NCBI GenBank assembly: GCA_947085185.1 | Contig: CAMTVK010000012.1 | Span: forward strand, 1-12,379 | Length of the DNA stretch: 12,379 nucleotides | Direction: 5' to 3' | From: Candidatus Fraserbacteria bacterium | GTDB taxonomy: Bacteria; Bipolaricaulota; Bipolaricaulia; RBG-16-55-9; DRXL01 | In this document: positions 1 through 7,099 of the stretch, piece after piece | Layout of the letters: each line of letters begins with the position of its first letter | Numbering within the stretch: position 1 is the stretch's first letter | Notes under the pieces: model-generated | Told to the model about the DNA's origin: nothing | The model's database searches: none | What the model saw: the letters and a program-made list of their open reading frames with translations, nothing else | Translations under genes and position numbers: made by a program

Positions 1-33
1 ACACTCTTTCCCTACACGACGCTCTTCCGATCT
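1..33 (+). other. Illumina TruSeq Read 1 adapter/primer sequence (technical artefact)
   Basis: Exact ACACTCTTTCCCTACACGACGCTCTTCCGATCT at the contig start. Confidence 0.99.
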
Positions 34-540
34 TTCCGCCTTGTCTACGTGTTTGCTGACTTTGACTTTGCTGGGGCGCAGCACGCGGCCCGCGCGCTGA
101 TACCCCCGCTCGAACTCCTCCAAGACTTTTCCGCCGGCCTCACTGGTCTCCACGGTGATGAGCGCTTCGTGGAGCAGGGGATCGAACGTCTCGCCCACCG
201 CCGCGATGGGCTGGATCCCCTTGTTCACCAAGAACGTATGGAACTGAGCAAAGATGCGCTCGACCCCCTCGATGAACGCATCTTTATCGGTATTTTTCGT
301 GAACGTGCGGAAGGCACGCTCAAAATTATCATAGATGGGCAGTATCTCTAGGAGAAGCGCGTCTTCAAGCCGTCGCAATACTTCTTCGTTCTCGCGCGCA
401 ACGCGTTTCTTATAATTCTCAAAATCCGCATGAACCCGCTGGAGGCGTTCTACGAGTTCTTTGTTCTGGCGCTCCAAGGCGGCCACTTTCTGAGTGAGCT
501 CGTGAGTCTGGGTCTCTTGTGCTTTGGTTTCGTCCATCAT
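34..540 (-). CDS. grpE: Nucleotide exchange factor GrpE, 3' end truncated by adapter/contig edge (absent from ORF track because no stop is reached)
   Basis: Manual translation from ATG 540: MMDETKAQ...LQRVHADFENYKKRVARE...LLEILPIYDNFERAF...VGETFDPLLHEAL...VLEEFERGYQRAGRVLRPSKVKVSK, the canonical GrpE motifs. ATGA overlap with the hrcA stop; hrcA-grpE synteny. Confidence 0.96.
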
Positions 541-1589
541 AGGTGCATCTCTCCTCCGCGATGCTTTGGGAAAATCCCTCGCGAGACGGTAAGAATGGCG
601 CGCAGCCGATTGCCGATATATTGCGTCGTCGAGACGACTTTGCTATAGTCCATCCGGACTGGACCCAGCACTCCCAGGGCGCCGTCGTAGCCGTACTGTA
701 AGCTTATTAAGCTATAGGGGTGCAGCTCGCGCATGGGGTGCTCTTCCCCGATCACGGTGCCCAGCTCCGCTGAAGCCCGATGTGCCTGCTGAATCGCCTG
801 AATGAATCGGCTTTCGTCCTCCAGGAGCGTCAGCAATGTGCGCGCTTCTTCGAGGGCGTCATCCCAGGTGAAGACAGTCCTGAGCAAATGCAGCAACCCT
901 TCGGTGTAGAGCTGCTGTCTGGTCAGCTGGGGGGGGAGCACCTGCTGCAGGATGACGTAGGCATCCTGGGTGACGGGATCTGCCCAGCCTGATGGGGGAC
1001 TTGTCCGCAATTCCTCATAGATCTCGCCAAGGCGCCGCCCACGCAGATGGCGATTGAGCAGCTGGGCCGTCTTCTCGAGCTGCTCTTGGGAAAGCGTCGT
1101 AGGAATGAGGCGCGACTCGACGATGCCCAAATTCGAGATAATGACAGCCAACGCGTGATCTGGGGGCAACTTCACGAGGGTGACCGACTCAAATTCCGTC
1201 TGGTCGAGCCGCGGGGCCAGCACAAACCCAAGGTGTCCCGTGAGGCTGGCCAACAGGAACGCCGTCTGCTTGAGGAGCTCATCCAAGCGTTGTCTTTGGA
1301 AGCTGTAAGCTTCCAAGATCGCGTGCTGCTCCTTACGAGCTAGCTCGCTCAGCTCCAGCAGCCAGTCCACAAAGAAGCGATAGCCCTTGGCTGTGGGGAT
1401 GCGCCCGGAAGAGCTCCATGATTTCGTGATATAGCCGTGTTTTTCAAGATACTTCATCTCATTGCGGATGGTGGCCGAGCTGACCGACAGCCCGTATTTC
1501 TCTAAAATAGTTTGCGAGCTGACGGCCTTGCCCGTCCGAATATAGTGATCTACTATTTCTTTGAGAATCAAGCGCTTTCGTGCGTCCAT
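537..1589 (-). CDS. hrcA: Heat-inducible transcription repressor HrcA
   Basis: N-terminal winged HTH (RKRLILKEIVDHYIRTGKAVSS...SVSSATIRNEMKYLE..GY...SSGRIPTAKGYRFFVD) and C-terminal GALGVLGPVRMDY. Start placed at ATG 1589 (SD AAGGTGA upstream) rather than TTG 1595. Confidence 0.97.
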   Translation of the reverse strand: MDARKRLILKEIVDHYIRTGKAVSSQTILEKYGLSVSSATIRNEMKYLEKHGYITKSWSSSGRIPTAKGYRFFVDWLLELSELARKEQHAILEAYSFQRQRLDELLKQTAFLLASLTGHLGFVLAPRLDQTEFESVTLVKLPPDHALAVIISNLGIVESRLIPTTLSQEQLEKTAQLLNRHLRGRRLGEIYEELRTSPPSGWADPVTQDAYVILQQVLPPQLTRQQLYTEGLLHLLRTVFTWDDALEEARTLLTLLEDESRFIQAIQQAHRASAELGTVIGEEHPMRELHPYSLISLQYGYDGALGVLGPVRMDYSKVVSTTQYIGNRLRAILTVSRGIFPKHRGGEMHL

Positions 1590-1615
1590 TAGCAATCACC
1601 TTATGAGTCTGCTAA
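1589..1615. promoter_or_regulatory. CIRCE operator (HrcA binding site)
   Basis: TTAGCAATC-N9-GTCTGCTAA versus consensus TTAGCACTC-N9-GAGTGCTAA (3 mismatches, exact 9-nt spacer), immediately upstream of hrcA. Confidence 0.88.
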
Positions 1616-3807
1616 GTAATGATAGCAAAGCCGACAGGGTTTGTCAACTGGGCGGAAGGGCTTATTCCCCACGCTCGCGCCAGCACTTCAGAGAGATGCG
1701 CTGTCTCTATTGCCAGTCCGTGCTTGCGGCACCCGTATTGATGCTGGATCATGCAGGCGGAGCAGGGGGTCATGAGCGTGTGGGCTCCCGTCGCCGTGAG
1801 GCGCTCCAGCTCTTCTCCCAAAATCTTGAGCGAGATGCGGTGATGGATCGTGCTGTATGTCCCTGCGCCCCCGCAACAATGATCGCTCTTTTCAAGCTCT
1901 CTGATCTCCAGCCCCGGAATCTTTCTGATCAGTTCCAAAGGGGTTTTCCCCAACCTCTGGGTGCGCGCAAGATGGCACGGCGCATGATAGGTGATAATCT
2001 CGGGGAGAGCCTGAAAGGGCTTCAGTGCAATCTGCGAGAGAAATTCGCTGAGTTCCCGAACTCTCTGGGAGAGCTGGGCGGCGCGCGCACCATAGACGGG
2101 GTCATCTCGCAGGAGCTTGGGGTAGTTCTTCAAAAACCCAGAGCACGTCGCTTCATCAGAGATAATGAGATCGGCGTCGAGCCGTTCGAAGATCTCGATA
2201 TTGAGACGGGCTAAGCTCTTGGCGGCGTGCTCGTCGCCATAGTAGAACGCCGGTGCACCGCAACAGATGTGTTTTTCAGTGCAGCGCACCGCACATTCGT
2301 TATGTTGCAAGACTCTTATGGTCGCTGCCCCGGCGCTGGGGTAGAGCAGGTCCATCCCACAGCTGAGAAAGTACCCCACGCGATATTGAGGATCTGTGGG
2401 GTTTTGCGCAAGCAGCTCCCCAAGCTGCTCGTGCAGAAATCTTTGAGCAAACTGATGATCTTTTAGAATCTCGATCCCGTTGGCGAAATCTTCATCGGTG
2501 CGCGTAAGAATCGCACGGGCGATCTTGGGCAGCCCAACTTTCGCGCCGAGCTGCCAAGCTCGCACAGCGCGCGCAAGGCGCGTTCGCTTGGGCAAAAGCT
2601 TTCGATACGCGAAGCTTTTGAGGCGATCCGTCTGGGTGCGCCCCAGGGTCTCGTTGGCGCGGCTTAAGAGCTGCGCGTTGCGCCAGGGCAGATCGATCTG
2701 CACCGGGCACTCCTGCGCGCACAGCCCGCATGTCATACAGAGCGAGGCTAGCTCTCGAGCGCGGGGGAGATCACCCTGGCCGTTGTGGTCAACGAATGCT
2801 GTCCAGATAGCCCCAATGACGCCCATATACGTCTGCCCGGCATAGACGTGCCCGCCTACGGTGCGAAACGCCGGACAGATATTCATACACGAGCCACAGC
2901 GAATACAATAGAGAGCTTCACGAAACTGAGCGTCGGCGCGCATGCGACTGCGCCCGTTGTCTACGAGTATGACGTGCAGCTCGCGCTGGGGCGTTGGCGT
3001 CACCAGCGAAACATAGCTCGTCAACTTCTGGGCCGTGGCGCTGCGCGGCAGAAGCTTTAAGAGCACTAAAGCGTCAGCGAGCGTCGGGATGATCTTTTCT
3101 ATCCCGGTGATGATGACGTGGATCTTGGGCAGGGAGATCACGAGCCGGTCGTTGCCTTCGTTGGTGATGATAATAAACGTCCCCGTCTGGGCGACGGCAA
3201 AATTTGCTCCGGTGATCCCGATGTCAGCTTCAAGATAGCTCTGTCGGAGCGACGCCCGCGCGATCTTGGTCAGCTCGTAGGGGTCGTCTGTATAGGGGGC
3301 GCCGAGCTTCTCGGCGAAGAGTTTTCCCACGGCCTCACGAGGCTTATGAATGGCCGGCCCGGTGATGTGAAACGGGCGCTCGCCCGCTAATTGGATGATG
3401 CGCTCGCCCAAGTCCGTCTCGATGACTACGACCCCCGTAGATTCTAAGCGCTTATTCAGCTCAATCTCTTCGGTGACCATAGATTTCGATTTGACGGCTT
3501 TTTTCACGCCGCGCTCGCGTATCAGCTGTATAAGATACTCACAAGCGGCTTCGGCGTTGGGAGCAAGGGAGAAGTGCCCGCCATGGCGGGTGACGCTCTC
3601 GCGCAGCTGTGCTATCAGTTCTGGGAGGCGCTCAAGAGCCGATTCTTTGATCTGGCGGGCGTGGCGCTTCAGAGCTTCTTTGTCGGGAATATCTGCGAAC
3701 GCCCAGGTGCGTGACAGATCGAAATAGAGGCTCGCGCGACTGAGGGCGGTGTGCATTGCGGTGTCTTGCACACTCTGGGCAATCTTCCGGGTGAAATCAT
3801 GCTTCAT
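1612..3807 (-). CDS. LUD-domain / 2x[4Fe-4S] / 2xCCG fusion oxidoreductase (LutB/LldF fused to a LutA/GlcF-like module), putative lactate utilization protein
   Basis: LutB motifs VKSKSMVTEEI, ETDLGERIIQL, HITGPAIH, GITGANFAVAQTG, NEGN, LLPRSATAQ, VILVDNGRS. Fe-S motifs CIRCGSCMNICP and CMTCGLCAQECP. CCG motifs ICCGAP, YHAPCH, HCCGGAG, PCSAC. ATG 3807 has a GGTGA SD; GTG 3819 is an alternative start. Confidence 0.88.
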   Translation of the reverse strand: MKHDFTRKIAQSVQDTAMHTALSRASLYFDLSRTWAFADIPDKEALKRHARQIKESALERLPELIAQLRESVTRHGGHFSLAPNAEAACEYLIQLIRERGVKKAVKSKSMVTEEIELNKRLESTGVVVIETDLGERIIQLAGERPFHITGPAIHKPREAVGKLFAEKLGAPYTDDPYELTKIARASLRQSYLEADIGITGANFAVAQTGTFIIITNEGNDRLVISLPKIHVIITGIEKIIPTLADALVLLKLLPRSATAQKLTSYVSLVTPTPQRELHVILVDNGRSRMRADAQFREALYCIRCGSCMNICPAFRTVGGHVYAGQTYMGVIGAIWTAFVDHNGQGDLPRARELASLCMTCGLCAQECPVQIDLPWRNAQLLSRANETLGRTQTDRLKSFAYRKLLPKRTRLARAVRAWQLGAKVGLPKIARAILTRTDEDFANGIEILKDHQFAQRFLHEQLGELLAQNPTDPQYRVGYFLSCGMDLLYPSAGAATIRVLQHNECAVRCTEKHICCGAPAFYYGDEHAAKSLARLNIEIFERLDADLIISDEATCSGFLKNYPKLLRDDPVYGARAAQLSQRVRELSEFLSQIALKPFQALPEIITYHAPCHLARTQRLGKTPLELIRKIPGLEIRELEKSDHCCGGAGTYSTIHHRISLKILGEELERLTATGAHTLMTPCSACMIQHQYGCRKHGLAIETAHLSEVLARAWGISPSAQLTNPVGFAIIT
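1619..1647 (-). promoter_or_regulatory. sigma70-type promoter for hrcA-grpE, inside the 3' end of the upstream CDS
   Basis: Minus strand TTGACA (1647-1642), 17-nt spacer ending TGC, TATCAT (1624-1619): perfect -35 and extended -10, directly followed by CIRCE. Confidence 0.85.
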
Positions 3808-3827
3808 AGCTCTCGTCACCGACAGAG

Positions 3828-3857
3828 ATCATACCCTGTGAGGCTTGGCGAAGACAA
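3828..3857 (-). promoter_or_regulatory. Putative sigma70 promoter of the LutB-fusion gene
   Basis: Minus strand TTGTCT-N18-TATGAT. Confidence 0.5.
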
Positions 3858-3868
3858 GATGGCCCCAG

Positions 3869-3897
3869 TTGCCGGACGGTGAGCAAAGCGCTATAAT
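3869..3897 (+). promoter_or_regulatory. Putative sigma70 promoter of tRNA-Ala
   Basis: TTGCCG-N17-TATAAT ending 13 nt before the tRNA 5' end. Confidence 0.75.
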
Positions 3898-3910
3898 AAA
3901 GCTCAGTGCT

Positions 3911-3986
3911 GGGGCCGTAGCTCAGTTGGGAGAGCGCTGCGTTCGCAACGCAGAGGTCGCCGGTTCGACTCCGGTCGGCTCCACCA
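3911..3986 (+). tRNA. tRNA-Ala (anticodon CGC)
   Basis: 76 nt cloverleaf: acceptor GGGGCCG/CGGCTCC with G3:U70 Ala determinant, D arm GCTC/GAGC, anticodon arm CTGCG-TT CGC AA-CGCAG, T loop TTCGACT, discriminator A, encoded CCA. Confidence 0.98.
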
Positions 3987-3988
3987 GA

Positions 3989-4891
3989 TTAATCTCCCAA
4001 TCCCACCCGCGCTTGTGCCATGCACTGCTGCGAGCGATTGTTGACGTCGCCGTAGAAGAGCAACAGTGTGTCGCCATCCCAGACGCTTAGCTCCCCATCG
4101 AGTTGGACTGCCGGCGTGAGCCGCTGCACTAAGAGAGGCCCTAAGCCGGCAAAGATCCCCGTGTTCGTCCCGCCAATCTCAGTGAGCCGAAAGATCTCTA
4201 CATCTCCCGTGTGCGGGACCACAACCCAAGCGAAGACAAAGTCGGGCCTATCGGAGCTGATATTCTCATCGGGCTCGTTGACCATGGCGAAGATTTGACG
4301 CCCCACTCGCACGAAGCGCACTTGCTTGATCGGGGGCGTCCAGCCGTCCACAAACCAGATGCACTCTGGAGTATTGGTCGGAGGCACAGGACAGCCCATA
4401 TTGGCAGGCCCTCCAGATTCAGTAGGGCAGGCATCGTCGCGATTGCTGACGCCATCTCTGTCGTCGTCAGCTGCCACGTGAATAGTCGCCGGCAGCGCCG
4501 CGCTCATAGCATCGCCAATTGCTACGATCACTTCAAGAGAGAGCGTCGTCTCGGTGTTGGGCGTCGAGACCGTGACCGGCACTCGCACAGTGTCGCTCGT
4601 CTTGTTGAGTTCGACAGATTGTTCAGTCACCGTCGCTCCAGAGAGCTTGACGATCACTTTCGCCTTCAGACCCAAGTCGCCGTCCTCGTGATTGTAGACG
4701 AAGCTCACAGTCACAGACTGAGTCACGCCGCCGGGGAGCGTCGCCGGTTCGACCCGAATATTCGAGATAGACGCCGGGCCGATCTTGACGGGAAAGATTT
4801 TGTCTAAGTTCCCTAACGTCAGGAAGCAGCCGCTCACGAAAATGGGCACGAGGGACAGCACCCCGAGAGCTAAGAATTTTCTCATGTTCAT
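3989..4891 (-). CDS. Putative surface lipoprotein: Ig-like beta domain, TSP3-like Ca-binding motif, C-terminal 'LTE-G-NTG-F' beta domain
   Basis: Signal peptide II MRKFLALGVLSLVPIFVSG-C (Cys22); Thr/Val-rich beta region; DDDRDGVSNRDDACP...MGCP at 4388-4468; GGAGGT upstream with a long spacer. Confidence 0.8.
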   Translation of the reverse strand: MNMRKFLALGVLSLVPIFVSGCFLTLGNLDKIFPVKIGPASISNIRVEPATLPGGVTQSVTVSFVYNHEDGDLGLKAKVIVKLSGATVTEQSVELNKTSDTVRVPVTVSTPNTETTLSLEVIVAIGDAMSAALPATIHVAADDDRDGVSNRDDACPTESGGPANMGCPVPPTNTPECIWFVDGWTPPIKQVRFVRVGRQIFAMVNEPDENISSDRPDFVFAWVVVPHTGDVEIFRLTEIGGTNTGIFAGLGPLLVQRLTPAVQLDGELSVWDGDTLLLFYGDVNNRSQQCMAQARVGLGD

Positions 4892-5017
4892 GGCACGTAC
4901 GCGATACCTCCTGAGAGCATCAAAAAGCCGCTGATGGCAAAGCCCACGGCGATATGGACCGTTGGCACGGTGTTAGAGAACTTGGGCTGGGTATCACAGT
5001 GAAATTGACAGGCTTGG

Positions 5018-6229
5018 TCAGCTCGGGCTTCTGCATCGAGCCGGAGCCATAGCCGAGAGAGAGCATCCCCTTGATGGAGCTGTTGAAAGCCATACCTGCG
5101 CGCGCGACGACCCCTTCAAGTGCGATCGCCAGAGTTTTTTGCTGAACGTCGCTATGTGGTCACGGTAATAGACTTGGAACCCCTGGGTGGGATCGAGCCA
5201 GTCGGGGAAGCGCATGAGCCCGATGATCCGTGAGCCTGCGCGCATCTGCGCGAGCACATTAGGAAAACTTGGGAAATTCCCCACGAGCGCCTTCCATGGG
5301 GGACGCGAGCCGTTCACGAGAGATTCACGCAAGACCAACTCTTCGGGTTCATAGCGTCGCACGCTCTCGCCTCGCTTTTGAACTATCACGAGATCGCTCA
5401 CACGAAAGAGGCTCTCTTGGAGGGCGTGCACAAACACAAGCAGTGACGGCGTAGGGATCTCTTCTTGGAGCAACCCCAGTTCCTTAGGACGACCACCCAA
5501 AGACTGATACTGGCGCAAGAATTCTTCATCGAGCAGCGCGAAGACGAGCACCATCTGGGGCTGCTCATCCTCGACCACGACCACGTAGTCATAGAGCGAC
5601 TCGTCGAGCGATCTCCAGATGTCAGGGAGCACGCCCTCACCTAGAAGCTCTTGGAGATGTGTCCACTTTGCAGTCACCGTCACGAGGATCATCATGGTCT
5701 TATAGTCTCCTAGCTCGCCTGGGATGGGATTCTCCAGATGGGCTCCCGCAGTCAGATCTGTAGGCTTTGTCCAAGAGCGTACGCGCTCTTGGGGGAGCGA
5801 CTTTCGGTATGCGTACTTATAGAGCAGTGGGCGTGCGAAGCCTTTGAGCTTGACCACAGCGATATCGGGCTTTTGCACGGGAAGAGCTTCACTCAGATAC
5901 TCATCGGCGATGGCGTTCAGGCGCTCTGGGGAGAGCTTAGGAATGGTGATCTCGATTTCGGCCTCCAGACGGACGAAGTCTCCCTCTTTGATCTGGGTCT
6001 GGCTGACGAGGCGATGGTCGCGCATCTGAATGGGGTGTTCGGCTCTCTTGGGCAGGTGGAGCTGCCACCATATGAGGGGAAGGCCGCCCCCTACGACGAG
6101 AATCGCTCCGACGGCAAGAAAGAGCACAGTCAAGCTCTGGCGGGCGGTGCGTCGCCACATCGCCCACACAAGCGCGATCAGAAGGGCCAACGCGACGATC
6201 CATACAATGCCTTGCATCTGTGGGCTCAT
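5018..6229 (-). CDS. Hypothetical membrane-anchored protein (two N-terminal TM helices, large soluble region; 3' end uncertain)
   Basis: 403 aa ORF with GGAGG SD. Hydrophobic segments GIVWIVALALLIALVWAMW and LTVLFLAVGAILVVGGGLPLIWW flank RRTAR. The last ~40 aa look atypical. Confidence 0.7.
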   Translation of the reverse strand: MSPQMQGIVWIVALALLIALVWAMWRRTARQSLTVLFLAVGAILVVGGGLPLIWWQLHLPKRAEHPIQMRDHRLVSQTQIKEGDFVRLEAEIEITIPKLSPERLNAIADEYLSEALPVQKPDIAVVKLKGFARPLLYKYAYRKSLPQERVRSWTKPTDLTAGAHLENPIPGELGDYKTMMILVTVTAKWTHLQELLGEGVLPDIWRSLDESLYDYVVVVEDEQPQMVLVFALLDEEFLRQYQSLGGRPKELGLLQEEIPTPSLLVFVHALQESLFRVSDLVIVQKRGESVRRYEPEELVLRESLVNGSRPPWKALVGNFPSFPNVLAQMRAGSRIIGLMRFPDWLDPTQGFQVYYRDHIATFSKKLWRSHLKGSSRAQVWLSTAPSRGCSLSAMAPARCRSPS

Positions 6230-6264
6230 CTCTTTCCCCTCCCACCAAAGTTCTCCACAAGAGC

Positions 6265-6294
6265 ATTATACTGAGAAGCTCTAGCGTCGGCCAA
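6265..6294 (-). promoter_or_regulatory. Possible promoter for the membrane protein gene
   Basis: Minus strand TTGGCC-N18-TATAAT upstream of ATG 6229. Confidence 0.4.
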
Positions 6295-7096
6295 ATGCAA
6301 GCTCCGTGGAGACTGCCCAGCCGTCAGCCTGCCAGGCGAAGTCCGATTGCAATATCTTGAAGATTCCCAAGCCCCCGCCCCACGTGATCGCTCGTCCGTC
6401 CCATCCCAATCGGAGCGCGATCCCTTCAAAGACCTGAAATTCGAGCCCTCCACGAATCGCGCGCAGTTCCTCCTCACGAGCAAGATCCACTGCTCCCACA
6501 AGAGACACCCGGCGCTCCAAGAGTTTCACAGCACCCCCCAAGCGCACGATCATGGGGACCTCTCTCGAATCTTTTTCGCTGACGAGCTGGGTCCCTAGGA
6601 TGTCCGTGATGGTGAGTCCCCCTTGCACCCAGCCGAATCGCGCCATCACCCCAACGGCAACGCCTGTGCCGCGAAAGCGTTGGTCTGACTGAAAAGCTTC
6701 GTAGAGCTTAACGGCAACCCCCGCCGCTAGGGTCTCGCGCACGCCCGCTCCTACAGCCAACACTGTCAGTGAGCGTTCTTCTTTGTCTGGAATTTTTATA
6801 GTTTTGCTGCCGTACCAGATGGCGCCACCGACTCCAAAGAGATTGCTGCTTATCGCTGCGCCCCAGATGTCCAAGGGTGCAGCTGATGCGGGCATGGAGA
6901 GCCGGCCTAAGACCCCAAAACCCTTCAGCATCGAGAGCCCTGCGGGATTCCACAGGGCTGCCGAAGCGTCATCGGCCAGACCGACGACCGCGCCGCCTAA
7001 GCTCACCGCTCTCGGCGAGAGATCTTCAGCAAGAAAATTCTGAGCGAAAACGGGTGAGACAAGCAGCACGCTTCCCAAAGCAAATAGAACACGCAT
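6281..7096 (-). CDS. Outer-membrane beta-barrel protein, PorV/PorQ (FadL-superfamily, UPF0164-like)
   Basis: Signal peptide (..VFA|Q), then the family N-terminal signature SPRAVSLGGAVVGLADDASAALWNPAGL; alternating amphipathic strands (LAAGVAVKLY, IVRLGGAV, IRGGLEFQVFEGIALRLGW, ITWGGGLG); terminal strand WAVSTELAF. Confidence 0.8.
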   Translation of the reverse strand: MRVLFALGSVLLVSPVFAQNFLAEDLSPRAVSLGGAVVGLADDASAALWNPAGLSMLKGFGVLGRLSMPASAAPLDIWGAAISSNLFGVGGAIWYGSKTIKIPDKEERSLTVLAVGAGVRETLAAGVAVKLYEAFQSDQRFRGTGVAVGVMARFGWVQGGLTITDILGTQLVSEKDSREVPMIVRLGGAVKLLERRVSLVGAVDLAREEELRAIRGGLEFQVFEGIALRLGWDGRAITWGGGLGIFKILQSDFAWQADGWAVSTELAFGRR

Positions 7097-7099
7097 GGT

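Noticed and set aside
3845..4090. 81 aa plus-strand ORF (..GAVAQLGERCVRNAEVAGSTPVGST..)
   Set aside because: It is a translation through the tRNA-Ala gene.
4920..4975. Small hairpins and a GGCAAA motif suggestive of a c-di-GMP riboswitch or terminator
   Set aside because: GGCAAA is on the wrong strand for the downstream gene, the rest of the GEMM consensus is absent, and stems are only 3-4 bp.
5005..5033. Perfect TTGACA on the plus strand
   Set aside because: No -10 hexamer at 16-18 nt spacing and no plus-strand gene downstream.
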